Shown: positions 19,711-29,145 of the stretch, piece by piece | Layout of the letters: each line of letters begins with the position of its first letter | Position numbering within the stretch: the stretch's first letter is position 1 | Assembly: GCA_002050235.1 (NCBI GenBank) | Contig: MWST01000027.1 | Coordinates: 25,155-89,154, forward strand | Source: Polyangiaceae bacterium UTPRO1 | GTDB lineage: Bacteria; Desulfobacterota; Binatia; UTPRO1 | Direction of reading: 5' to 3' | DNA: 64,000 nt | Translations under genes and position numbers: made by a program | Notes under the pieces: model-generated | What the model saw: only the letters and a program-made list of their open reading frames with translations | Database searches by the model: none | What the model was told of the DNA's origin: nothing

Positions 19711-20487
19711 ATGAACTGGAAGACGCTCAGTGTCACCTATGACGGCCCCATTTTGCGGGTCTGGCTCGATCGACCCGAGAAACGGAACGCCCTGAACGGC
19801 ACGGCGCTCGAGGAGATCGCGTCGCTCTACGAGAGCCTGGCGACGGATTTCACGACCCGTGTCGTGGTCCTCGGCGGGCGTGGGGCGTCCTTTTGCGCGG
19901 GTGCCGATCGAACGGATCCGCCGGGATCGGAGCGCCTCGGCGGCGCGTCCGACGCGACCGATCGCGAACGGCGGTGGGTGGCACAGCTCGGTCTCCGCGC
20001 TGCGCGCGCGATCGAGCGCGCCGAGGTAGTGACGATCGCGCGCCTTCATGGGCACGTGGTCGGTGGCGGACTGGCGCTGGCAGTGGCGTCCGACTTCCGT
20101 GTCGCTGCCGAAGGGACGCAATTCCACGTGCCCGAGGTGGATCTCGGTATTCCGCTCTCGTGGGGCGGTACGCCGCGGCTCATCCACGAGATCGGCGCCG
20201 CGCGCGCCCGCGAGCTCGTGCTGCTCTGCGAGCGCATCGACGCCGCCGAGGCGCACCGTATAGGCCTCGTCCATCGGGTCGTTCCGCCCGCCGAGCTCGA
20301 CGCGGCCGTGAACGCCATGTCGGCGCGGCTCGCGGCCAAGCCCGAGATCGCGGTGCACATGACCAAGACGCAGTTTCGCGCCTACGCCGCGCGCGCCGCG
20401 TTCGGCGACGTCACGGAGACCGACGGGGATCAACTGCTGGCCGCCGCTCGCGGCGCGATCGCACGGCAGAGCTTTCCGACCTCGTAG
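19711..20487 (+). CDS. Enoyl-CoA hydratase/isomerase family protein
   Basis: RPEKRNAL, FCAGAD, GHVVGGG, PEVDLGI. Confidence 0.92.
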   Translation: MNWKTLSVTYDGPILRVWLDRPEKRNALNGTALEEIASLYESLATDFTTRVVVLGGRGASFCAGADRTDPPGSERLGGASDATDRERRWVAQLGLRAARAIERAEVVTIARLHGHVVGGGLALAVASDFRVAAEGTQFHVPEVDLGIPLSWGGTPRLIHEIGAARARELVLLCERIDAAEAHRIGLVHRVVPPAELDAAVNAMSARLAAKPEIAVHMTKTQFRAYAARAAFGDVTETDGDQLLAAARGAIARQSFPTS

Positions 20488-20521
20488 CGTTGCCCCGCTC
20501 CGACGCGCAGGAGACTTTTCC

Positions 20522-21373
20522 ATGAGCCTAGTCCTCGTCGAGAAGCCGCGCCCGCACGTGACCGTAGTCCGCCTGAACCGCCCCCACAGGTTGAATGCCA
20601 TGTCGTTCGAGCTGATGACGGCGCTCTACGACACCTTGCGCCGAGTGGCCGCCGACAACGCCGCCTGGGTCGTCGTGCTGACCGGCGAAGGCCGGGGATT
20701 CTGCTCGGGTCTCGATCTCGAGGATCCGGGCATGATTCCGGGCATCGACGATATGTCGTTGGCGCGCATCGGCATGCTGGCGATGGGCCACTTCTCGCGC
20801 ATAGTGCCTGCTCTCCGCGACCTGCCGCAGCCGGTGATCGCGGCCGTCAACGGACCGGCGTACGGAGGCGGCATGTGTCTGTCGCTCGGCGCCGACCTCC
20901 GCTTCGCTGCGGCATCGGCCGAGTTCAACGCTACCGGCATCGTAAACGGCCTCACCTCGACCGAGCTCGGCGCCAGCTGGCTCTTGCCGCGCTTGATCGG
21001 CGCGTCGCGTGCGAACGACCTGTTGCTGACCGGGCGCAAGATCGGCGCCGAAGAGGCCGAGCGCATCGGGCTCGTCTCCCGAGTCGTCGCCGATGGCAGC
21101 GTCGTCGACGCCGCTGTCGAGGCTGCCGAGCGCATGTGCGAGTTCAGCGCATTCGGCCTGCAGATGACGAAGAAGGTCTGCTGGGCCAATCTCGAGACGA
21201 CGAGCCTCACGGCGGCGGTCGACCTGGAAGACCGCAACCAACTGCTCCTCGGCAACACCGAGAACCTCGTCGAGTGCATCCGTGCCCGGCGCGAGAACCG
21301 CAAGCCCATCTATACGGACATGCCGCGGCGCGATGTCATCGAGCACGGCGCGAGCCGTCCGCCGAAGTATTGA
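20522..21373 (+). CDS. Enoyl-CoA hydratase/isomerase family protein
   Basis: NRPHRLNAM, FCSGLDL, NGPAYGGG, LLTGRKIGAEEAERIGLV. Confidence 0.93.
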   Translation: MSLVLVEKPRPHVTVVRLNRPHRLNAMSFELMTALYDTLRRVAADNAAWVVVLTGEGRGFCSGLDLEDPGMIPGIDDMSLARIGMLAMGHFSRIVPALRDLPQPVIAAVNGPAYGGGMCLSLGADLRFAAASAEFNATGIVNGLTSTELGASWLLPRLIGASRANDLLLTGRKIGAEEAERIGLVSRVVADGSVVDAAVEAAERMCEFSAFGLQMTKKVCWANLETTSLTAAVDLEDRNQLLLGNTENLVECIRARRENRKPIYTDMPRRDVIEHGASRPPKY

Positions 21374-21396
21374 AGATAGCGATCGCGCCCTGGCGG

Positions 21397-21840
21397 TCAG
21401 CGCCGGACGGCGACCGCTTCACCCGCCAGCGCGGCCCCGGGGTCGAGCGCGAGCAGGCGGACGCGTCCGCTCGCGACCAGCGTACCGTCGGCGGTGTGGG
21501 CGTCGGCCTGCCACAGTTGCGAGCGCCGCCCTCGGGTCAACGGGCGGGCCGTAACGGTGACGCGTCCTTCACGTACCGCGTGGATGAAGCTCGTATGATT
21601 CTCGACGCCGACCACGGCCTGGCCGCGTGCGGCGCCGGCCAGGGCCGCGCCCATCGAGCAGGCGGTCTCGACCGCGGTGCAGTGGACGCCGCCGTGCACG
21701 ATCCCGTACGGCTGGCGATGGCGATCGTCGATGTCGTATTCGAGAACGACCTCATCGGGACTGCAACGTACGAGGCGGATGCCGAGCGTCGCATCGAGTC
21801 CGGTCGCGGGGTCGGCGGGTCGCGTTGATTCGGAGGGCAC
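21397..21840 (-). CDS. PaaI family thioesterase (hotdog fold)
   Basis: QPYGIVHGGVHCTAVE, GRRSQLWQ; start approximate (GTG 21840). Confidence 0.9.
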   Translation of the reverse strand: MPSESTRPADPATGLDATLGIRLVRCSPDEVVLEYDIDDRHRQPYGIVHGGVHCTAVETACSMGAALAGAARGQAVVGVENHTSFIHAVREGRVTVTARPLTRGRRSQLWQADAHTADGTLVASGRVRLLALDPGAALAGEAVAVRR

Positions 21841-21911
21841 GGCGAGGTAGTGGCGCGACCGGAGCGTTAACGCAAGAGCCGCGGCACGAACGTCGCGGGA
21901 GGGAGCGGGGA

Positions 21912-22436
21912 ATGAGCCAGACCACGCAGCAGTTGTTTCGCCGGATCCTCGTGCCGCACGACTTCTCGGACCACGCGACGCGCGCACTCGAGATCGCGTT
22001 CGGGCTCGCCGGGCCGGAGAGCGTGCTCACGGTTCTGCACGCGCTGCCGCCCGTATACTCGTCGATGGGCGGACCCGCCGCAGATCTCGCCTGGGCGCCG
22101 ACGCCCGCCGTGGTCGCCGACGTGAAACGCCAGCTCGAGCGCACGATCGAGCGCTCGCTCGGGAGCGCTGCGGCGGCCCGCGTTCGTTGCCGCGTCGACC
22201 TCGCGGATCCGCTGACCGCGATCCTCGCGGCCGCGAAGCGGGCCGATCTCATCGTCATGACCACGCTCGGACGTACCGGTCTCGGGCATCTGCTCATGGG
22301 CAGCGTGGCGGAGAAGGTGGTGCGCCACTCTACCGTGCCGGTGCTGACGCTGCATCCGAAGACGGCCGCACGCCTCACGCGCGGCTGCCGGCGCAAGGGG
22401 GTCCGGTCGAGCGCCAAGCGGAGTCCGGGCGCCTAG
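21912..22436 (+). CDS. Universal stress protein (UspA family)
   Basis: RRILVPHDFSDHA, ADLIVMTTLGRTGLGHLLMGSVAEKVVRHS. Confidence 0.93.
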   Translation: MSQTTQQLFRRILVPHDFSDHATRALEIAFGLAGPESVLTVLHALPPVYSSMGGPAADLAWAPTPAVVADVKRQLERTIERSLGSAAAARVRCRVDLADPLTAILAAAKRADLIVMTTLGRTGLGHLLMGSVAEKVVRHSTVPVLTLHPKTAARLTRGCRRKGVRSSAKRSPGA

Positions 22437-22521
22437 CGTTTGCTGATCGCGTTCGTCCCGCCGACTCGGACGAGCGATCGCAACGCGACCGATTCGACGG
22501 ATCGTTGCGGGTGCGGGCGGC

Positions 22522-23196
22522 TCAGCGGCCGCGGTCGTCGGCAGCTTCGCGCTCGAAGTCGCCGGTCGCGCCGTCTGGCGCCGGACCGGGATAGCACTCG
22601 GCGTACACGGCGATCATCTCCTCGAAGGGGACGTCGACGTAGGTGCCGCGATCGCGGACGTACTCCATGTGGCGTTGGCCGGCGGCATCGAAGGGATGGA
22701 AGAGGCTGTCGGAGACGCCGTCGAACTCGAGCGGCTGCACACCGAAGCGGTCGCAGAGCGAGCGGTTGAAGGTCGGAGTCGCCTTGACCCAGCGGCCGCC
22801 GAGAAAGAGCTCGGTGAAGCCGTGGAAGAAGAAGACATCGGTTCCCATCTGCGCGCGCAGCCGCTCGGTGGTGAGGTGGTTGCGGACGTCGGCGAAGCCG
22901 AGCCGTGCCGCGATGCCGGCGGCGCGAGCGCCGGCCGCGAGGACGATCGCCTTGGCGACGCAGAAACCGGCGCCGCGCGCGAGGACGCTAGAGGCACGGA
23001 GGAACTCGGGGGTGAGGACGATCCCGTAGGGGTCGTACCGGATCTCGTCACGAACCGCATAGAACAGGCGTACGGCGCGCTCGCGCTCGTCGGCAGCGCC
23101 CGCAGTGGCGCGGGCGCTGAACGCCCGCACGGCGGGAGCGTCACTGTCGACGCACAGGGAGGGCTGCAGAAAAGGGGCGATATCGGATGTCGGCAT
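22522..23196 (-). CDS. Transglutaminase-like family protein
   Basis: VRDEIRYDPY, GFCVAKA (Cys), FHGFTE (His), WVKATP. Confidence 0.9.
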   Translation of the reverse strand: MPTSDIAPFLQPSLCVDSDAPAVRAFSARATAGAADERERAVRLFYAVRDEIRYDPYGIVLTPEFLRASSVLARGAGFCVAKAIVLAAGARAAGIAARLGFADVRNHLTTERLRAQMGTDVFFFHGFTELFLGGRWVKATPTFNRSLCDRFGVQPLEFDGVSDSLFHPFDAAGQRHMEYVRDRGTYVDVPFEEMIAVYAECYPGPAPDGATGDFEREAADDRGR

Positions 23197-23304
23197 CGGG
23201 TCTCCTCGATCCAGGATGGCGGCGCTGGGTCGGCGGCGGTCGTAGCAACTCCGCGGTTCTGACGGTAGCCGTTCCGGAGCCGCGGCGCGATCAGGGCGGA
23301 TCCG

Positions 23305-25167
23305 GTGCGCCCACGGCGGAGGCTCAAGAACCCGCCCGAAGCTGTCGATGAGTACCGGCGAGTGTCCGTGCTCGCTTCCGACTTGCGTGTCTCTCGGAGC
23401 ACCTATAGGTCCGAGGCGACTGCCGTTCTGCCGCGACGATTGGCCGTCGTCCTGGGGCTTTTCATGCTCTTCATGGGTGCCGGCACGCTCTTCGAGGGCA
23501 CCTACCACTCGGATCGCATGCGGCTTGCGTTGCTCTGGTACGGCATCGAATTGGGCATCGCGGCGACGGCCCTGGTTCTGTGCTGGCTACCGCGTCTGCA
23601 GAAGTGGTCCGAGCCGATCGCCGTCGGCATCAGCGTCGTCGAGTTCGCGTGCGTCTGCGCCTACCACGCCTCGGTGGGCGCTCAGGCGGAACGAGTCGCT
23701 ACGGTCCTGGGGGCGGTTCTGAACGTGCTCTCGGTGCTGTGTCCGTGGGGTTGGCCGGCGCAAGCCGCGGTGGTCGCGGGCGCGGTCGTGAGCTTCGCGG
23801 CAGCGGCCCCGTTCCTCGTCACCGCCGATGCGCTCGTCTTCCCGGGGCTCGTGTTGCTCGGCGTCGCCACTACGTCGATATGGGCGGTAGTCTTCCTGGA
23901 CCGCTATCGCTTCGAGGCTTTCGCGCACGCCGCGTCGCAGGCCGAGGAGGCGGAGATTGCGGCAGCGCTGGCGCGTATCGGCGAGACTCTGAGCCGCCAC
24001 CTCGGCGAGACCGACGTGCTGGACCAGGTCAACTGCCTCATGCGCGATACGCTCGGCTGCGACTGGAGCAGTCTCTACCTGCTGGACCCGCACCGGTGCG
24101 TATACCGGCTGGCGGCCAACATCGGCTCCCCCACCGAAGTAGCGATCGAGCTGGCGCAGGTCGAGTTTCCGCCGACCAGCCTGGCGCTGCTCCAGGCACT
24201 GACGCCGGGCGAGCTCATCGAGATCGCCGACGCCGACGACCAGCCCTGGGTTCCCGTCGAGCTCATGCACCGTTTCGCCGTCGCCTCGGCGCTCTTCGCA
24301 CCGATAGCGCGCGGCGAGCAGATCATCGGCGGGCTCGTCGTCGGCTACGTCGATCGTCGCGGCCCGTTCTCCAGCCGCCAGCGTCGGCTCGCGCTCGGGA
24401 TCGCTCACGTCGCGGCGACGACTCTCGAGAACCGCCGCCTGATCGCCGATCTCCAGTCGGCGAACCGTCTGAAGTCGGAGTTCGTGGCGACGATGTCGCA
24501 CGAGCTCAGGACGCCCATCAACGTCATCATGGGGTACACGGAGATGCTCGCCGATCGCGCCGTGACCGCCGACGAGTCGGCGTTCGACGACACGCTCGGA
24601 CGCATCCGGACGCAGTCGGTCGAGCTCCTGAACCTGGTCAGCGCGACTCTCGACATCGGACGTCTGGAGTCGGGCCGAGAGAGCCTCAAGCTCGACACCG
24701 TCGAGGTCGCCGTGCTTTTCACCGAGCTGGCGCGCGAGCTCGACGCTCTCACCCCGCCGGCGGTACAGCTACGCTGGCTCAACGACTGCGAGCGAATCGC
24801 TATCGTCAGCGACCGCGTGAAGCTGAAGACGATCCTGAAGAACCTCGTCGGCAACGCGCTCAAGTTCACGAGCTCAGGAGCCGTCGATGTGAGCGCGAGC
24901 AGCCGCGACGGCTGGGTGCGCTTCTCCGTCCGCGATACCGGCATCGGCATCGCCCCCGAGCACCTGGCACTGGTCTTCGAGATGTTCCGGCAAGTGGACT
25001 CCTCGTCGACGCGAAAATTCGGCGGCGTGGGCCTCGGGCTGCATATTGCGCGCCGCCTCGCGGGGCTCCTCGGGGGAACGATCGCCGTCGAGAGTACGCA
25101 AGGGGTCGGCTCCGTATTTACGGTGGACCTCCCCGTCGAACGCGTCGGCGACCGGCTGGCGTCGTAG
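23305..25167 (+). CDS. Membrane GAF-domain sensor histidine kinase
   Basis: Multi-TM N-terminus, GAF, KSEFVATMSHELRTP, NLVGNALKFT, DTGIGI, GGVGLGL; start uncertain. Confidence 0.92.
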   Translation: MRPRRRLKNPPEAVDEYRRVSVLASDLRVSRSTYRSEATAVLPRRLAVVLGLFMLFMGAGTLFEGTYHSDRMRLALLWYGIELGIAATALVLCWLPRLQKWSEPIAVGISVVEFACVCAYHASVGAQAERVATVLGAVLNVLSVLCPWGWPAQAAVVAGAVVSFAAAAPFLVTADALVFPGLVLLGVATTSIWAVVFLDRYRFEAFAHAASQAEEAEIAAALARIGETLSRHLGETDVLDQVNCLMRDTLGCDWSSLYLLDPHRCVYRLAANIGSPTEVAIELAQVEFPPTSLALLQALTPGELIEIADADDQPWVPVELMHRFAVASALFAPIARGEQIIGGLVVGYVDRRGPFSSRQRRLALGIAHVAATTLENRRLIADLQSANRLKSEFVATMSHELRTPINVIMGYTEMLADRAVTADESAFDDTLGRIRTQSVELLNLVSATLDIGRLESGRESLKLDTVEVAVLFTELARELDALTPPAVQLRWLNDCERIAIVSDRVKLKTILKNLVGNALKFTSSGAVDVSASSRDGWVRFSVRDTGIGIAPEHLALVFEMFRQVDSSSTRKFGGVGLGLHIARRLAGLLGGTIAVESTQGVGSVFTVDLPVERVGDRLAS

Positions 25168-25220
25168 CCGCCGCGGCGTCCGCCCGGGCGCGGACGCCGC
25201 GGCGGCTCGCGCCGTGCGGT

Positions 25221-25910
25221 CTACTTCATGATCTCCAGCAGCTCGACGTCGAAGACGAGCGTCGCCCCCGGCTTGATCTGCGGCGGCCGACCCTGATCGC
25301 CGTAGGCGATCTCGGCCGGGCAGATCAACTTCGCCTTGCCGCCGACCTTCATCATCTGCACGCCCTCGGTCCAGCACTTGATGACGCCGTTCAACGGGAA
25401 GGTGGCCGGCTGATTGCGCTGCACCGAGCTGTCGAACACCGTGCCGTCGATGAGCGCGCCCGTATAGTGCACCTTCACCTTGTCGGTCGCTTTCGGCTGC
25501 TCGCCGGTGCCCGCCTTCTCTTCCTGATAGACCATGCCCGACGCCGTCTTCACGGCGCCGTTCTCCTTGGCCGCTTTTTCGAGGTACTCGTGCCCCGCCT
25601 TCTTCTCGGCGGCGGCGACCGCGGCGGCGTTGGCGGAGATGCGGTCGCGAAGCTTCTGCTGGATCTTTGCGAAATTCTCCTTGACGTCGGCCCGCGGCGT
25701 CTTCTTGAGCGCCCCGTCCTCGAACCCCGCCTTGACCACGGCGAACTCCTCGGGCGTCAGGTTGAGCATTGTCAGCTGCTGGCTCAGGTTGAAGCCGAGC
25801 GCGTAGAAACCTTTGTCGTCGTCGGTCTTCAACTCCGGGTCGGCGGCGAATGCCGGGACGCTGCACGCGACCATCGCACACAGCAGCAGCGCGGTTCGAG
25901 CACGGAACAT
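25221..25910 (-). CDS. FKBP-type peptidyl-prolyl isomerase with N-terminal dimerisation domain (Mip/FkpA-like)
   Basis: Signal peptide, YALG, KVKVHYTGALIDGTVFDSS, VIKCWTEG, AYGDQG, TLVFDVELL. Confidence 0.96.
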   Translation of the reverse strand: MFRARTALLLCAMVACSVPAFAADPELKTDDDKGFYALGFNLSQQLTMLNLTPEEFAVVKAGFEDGALKKTPRADVKENFAKIQQKLRDRISANAAAVAAAEKKAGHEYLEKAAKENGAVKTASGMVYQEEKAGTGEQPKATDKVKVHYTGALIDGTVFDSSVQRNQPATFPLNGVIKCWTEGVQMMKVGGKAKLICPAEIAYGDQGRPPQIKPGATLVFDVELLEIMK

Positions 25911-26012
25911 CGAGGAGCTCCTTTCGATATACGGGGCAATGACCTGGGGAATGCGAGCGGTACTATCCGCGTTGCACGACGCGCGCAATGCCTCTATACG
26001 ACCGCGATCGAA

Positions 26013-27557
26013 CTGAACCGGCAGGCGTCGCTCTTCGACCCGCGCGAGGTCCTGCGCGGCGTTTTCGGCTACGAGGACTTCCGTCCCGGCCAGGAGAAGA
26101 TCATCGCGACCGTCATCGGCGGCCGCGACTGCATCGGCGTCATGCCGACCGGTGCCGGCAAGTCGCTGACCTTCCAGATTCCCGCCCGGATACTGCCGGG
26201 CACCGTGCTGGTGGTGAGCCCGCTGATCTCGCTCATGAAGGACCAGGTCGATGCGCTGACGCGTTACGGCTTCCGGGCGACGGTCCTGAACTCGTCGATC
26301 GCCTACGAGACCAGGCGCGATCGGCTCCAGCGCCTGCGGGCAGGCGAGTACGAGCTCGTCTACGTCGCCCCCGAAGGGCTCGAAGGCAGCCTGCGGGCGA
26401 TGCTGGCGCAGATGCCGATCTCGCTCGTGGTCGTCGACGAGGCGCACTGCATCTCGGAGTGGGGCCACGACTTCCGGCCGGCCTACCGACGTCTCTGCGG
26501 GTTGAAGCAGGAGCTTGGCGGGGTGCCGGTCCTGGCGCTCACGGCGACGGCGACGCGCCGAGTCGCGGGCGACATCATTCGTCAGCTCGGCATGGTGAAG
26601 CCGGACGGCTTCAAAGGATCGTTCTTCCGTCCGAACCTCCGGCTCTGGGCTCACAAGAAGGGTGACGGCCGCGGCTCCCGGCAGGACCTCCTCGGCTACG
26701 TGCGGCGGCGCGCCGGGGAGAGCGGGATCATTTATTCGCTCAGCCGCAAGAACGTCGACACGCTCGCCGCCTTCCTGGCCGCCAACGGCGTGCGGGCGCT
26801 GCCGTATCACGCGGGACTCGACGAGGTGACGCGGGCGCGCCATCAAGACGCGTTCGCCCGCGACGAAGCCGATGTCGTGGTGGCGACGATCGCGTTCGGC
26901 ATGGGTATCGACAAGTCGAACGTCCGCTACGTCATCCATCGCGAGATGCCGCGCTCGATCGAGGGCTATACGCAGGAGATCGGTCGCGCCGGCCGCGACG
27001 GCGTCGCCAGCGACTGCGTCCTGCTCTACTCGTGGGCCGACGTGATCGCGCACGAGCGGCTGCAGAGCACGATCGAGGACGTGACCGTGCGCCGCGCCGC
27101 CGCCGCGAAGACGAAAGCGATGTTCGAGCTGGCTGAGGCCCCGGGGTGTCGCCACGAGCGCCTGGTCGCCACCTTCGACGAGCTGATTCCGCCCTGCGGC
27201 GTGTCCTGCGACCACTGTCGCGGCGAAGCCCTCGGCGACCTGCTCGTCGCCGCACGTGCACGCACGAGGATCGGGCAGGGCGGCGCCGGCGCCGCCAAGG
27301 CTTCGGCGGCGGCTCCGCTGGCGGGCGCCGAAGCGGCGCTCTTCGAGCGCCTGCGCGTATTGCGCCGCTCGCTCGCCGACGCCGAGGGCGTCCCCGCCTA
27401 CATCGTCTTCAGTGATGCCGTCCTGGCGCGGATGGCGGCGATGCGGCCGGCGGACGAGGCCGGCCTTCTTGCCGTGCCCGGCGTCGGCCCCGCAAAGCTC
27501 GCGCGCTACGGCGCCGCCTTTTTACAGGCCATTCGAGGAGGAGATGTCCGACCATGA
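26013..27557 (+). CDS. recQ: RecQ-family ATP-dependent DNA helicase with HRDC domain (short form)
   Basis: MPTGAGKSL, DEAHCISEWGHDFRP, ALTATAT, YHAGL, ATIAFGMGIDK, QEIGRAGRDG, C-terminal HRDC; start uncertain. Confidence 0.95.
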   Translation: MNRQASLFDPREVLRGVFGYEDFRPGQEKIIATVIGGRDCIGVMPTGAGKSLTFQIPARILPGTVLVVSPLISLMKDQVDALTRYGFRATVLNSSIAYETRRDRLQRLRAGEYELVYVAPEGLEGSLRAMLAQMPISLVVVDEAHCISEWGHDFRPAYRRLCGLKQELGGVPVLALTATATRRVAGDIIRQLGMVKPDGFKGSFFRPNLRLWAHKKGDGRGSRQDLLGYVRRRAGESGIIYSLSRKNVDTLAAFLAANGVRALPYHAGLDEVTRARHQDAFARDEADVVVATIAFGMGIDKSNVRYVIHREMPRSIEGYTQEIGRAGRDGVASDCVLLYSWADVIAHERLQSTIEDVTVRRAAAAKTKAMFELAEAPGCRHERLVATFDELIPPCGVSCDHCRGEALGDLLVAARARTRIGQGGAGAAKASAAAPLAGAEAALFERLRVLRRSLADAEGVPAYIVFSDAVLARMAAMRPADEAGLLAVPGVGPAKLARYGAAFLQAIRGGDVRP

Positions 27558-28222
27558 CGCTACCCCGATCGTCGTCGCCGCAACCTGCCGTCGAGGCATC
27601 CCGCCCGACGGGCCCGATCGCTCGCGGCCTCGCCCGCGCGTGGCTGTGGTGCTTCGGCTGGAAGGTCGAAGGCGCGCTGCCGCTCGGCGTGAAGGCAGTC
27701 GCGATCGCCTACCCGCACACGACGAACTGGGACATGCCGTTCATGCTGGCGGTCGCCTATCGTCTCGGCGTCCGGCCGTCGTGGCTCGGGAAGCGGCAGA
27801 TCTTCCGAGCGCCGTTCGGGCGCTTCATGCGCTGGCTCGGCGGCATACCCGTCGACCGGAGTGCGCGCACGAACATGGTGGCGCAGGTCGTCGAGCGCTT
27901 CGCCGCGGTCGAGAGCCTCTTCCTCGTGATTCCGCCGTCGGCGACGCGCCGCAAGGCCGCGCACTGGAGATCGGGCTTCTACCACATCGCGCGTAGCGCC
28001 GGAGTGCCGATCCTCTGCACCTTTCTCGATTACGGACGCAAGGTCGGAGGCATCGGTCTCGTAGTCCATCCGACCGGCGACGTGCGTGCCGACATGGATC
28101 GCATCCGAGCCTTCTACCAAGGGATCCAGGGCCGGTATCCCGAGAACCACACGCCCATATATCTGCCGGAAGAGGATCCTCCCCGGATCCGCGCCGCCGG
28201 AGGTTCCGCCGCCCGCTGCTGA
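27554..28222 (+). CDS. 1-acyl-sn-glycerol-3-phosphate acyltransferase family (PlsC-like)
   Basis: PHTTNWD (HX4D), GGIPVDRS, WRSGFYHIA. Confidence 0.9.
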   Translation: MTLPRSSSPQPAVEASRPTGPIARGLARAWLWCFGWKVEGALPLGVKAVAIAYPHTTNWDMPFMLAVAYRLGVRPSWLGKRQIFRAPFGRFMRWLGGIPVDRSARTNMVAQVVERFAAVESLFLVIPPSATRRKAAHWRSGFYHIARSAGVPILCTFLDYGRKVGGIGLVVHPTGDVRADMDRIRAFYQGIQGRYPENHTPIYLPEEDPPRIRAAGGSAARC

Positions 28223-28316
28223 TCGTGTGTGTCGCGGGCGGCAGAAATGGCCGGCCACGGCGGACGATTCTGCCTGGACAGCCGGCCTGAGGACGCCGCC
28301 GCTGCCGTTTCGCTGC

Positions 28317-28332
28317 TGGCATCGAACCTGCT
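28317..28332 (+). promoter_or_regulatory. Sigma-54 promoter upstream of motA
   Basis: TGGCAT-CGAAC-CTGCT with GG-N10-GC spacing. Confidence 0.6.
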
Positions 28333-28341
28333 GTCCCGGGC

Positions 28342-29145
28342 ATGGCGAATCGATCGTGGCTTTGGGGACGGCTCGGCGTCTCGTTGATCGGGGCGGCGGT
28401 GTTCACGTTGGCGGCAGGGACATCCGGCGCACTCGACCCGACGGCGCTGCTCATCACCATCGGCGGGGGGCTCGGGGTGACGGCGCTGACGTTTCCCCGC
28501 GAGCGCATCGGGCGCGCGTGGCAGCTCGTCCAGGCAAGCCTGGAGGAGCCCGCGGATCTCGAGGGAATCGTCGCCGCGCTCAAGCACTGCGCTCGCGTCC
28601 ATCGGCTCGAAGGGGTTCCGGCGCTGGAACGAGCGGCGGCGCACGCTGACGACGCGTTCCTGCGAACCGCGATCGTGCTGGCTACAGAGGGGCGTGACGA
28701 CGAGGATCTCGCGGCGGCGCTCGCGGGCGAGGTCCGGCGTGCAACGACGGAGGGTGAGCGCGCGCACCAGGTACTGTTGCTGCTCGGTAAGCTCTTCCCC
28801 GCCTTCGGCCTCATCGGCACGCTCATCGGACTCGCACACTTGCTGCACAATCTCGGCACCGCCACGAACCTCGCCGCGATCGGGCCCGGACTCGGCATTG
28901 CGGTGACGACGACGCTCTACGGCGCCGTGCTTGCAAACGTGGTCGTGCTGCCACTCGCGACCAAGATGCACGCGCATCTCGAACGGCGACACGCGATCAT
29001 GCAGATGATCGCCGACGGTGCATTGATGGTCCAGCGCAAGGAATATCCGACGCGCATCGAGCAGGTGCTCCGCAGCGCCTTCGCGCTGCCGGTCCGTGGC
29101 GCCGCACCGGTCGCATCCTTGACTTTGGCCAGCCGTGCGGCTTGA
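28342..29145 (+). CDS. motA: MotA/PomA-like stator A subunit
   Basis: TM1/2, cytoplasmic ARVHRLEG..LE, PAFGLIGTLIGL, GIAVTTTLYGAVLANVVVLPLATK. Confidence 0.88.
   Translation: MANRSWLWGRLGVSLIGAAVFTLAAGTSGALDPTALLITIGGGLGVTALTFPRERIGRAWQLVQASLEEPADLEGIVAALKHCARVHRLEGVPALERAAAHADDAFLRTAIVLATEGRDDEDLAAALAGEVRRATTEGERAHQVLLLLGKLFPAFGLIGTLIGLAHLLHNLGTATNLAAIGPGLGIAVTTTLYGAVLANVVVLPLATKMHAHLERRHAIMQMIADGALMVQRKEYPTRIEQVLRSAFALPVRGAAPVASLTLASRAA

Noticed and set aside
23580-27557. 1325-aa ORF ending in RecQ
   Set aside because: The N-terminal approximately 800 aa is off-frame or antisense shadow of the kinase and FKBP; RecQ begins near 26013.
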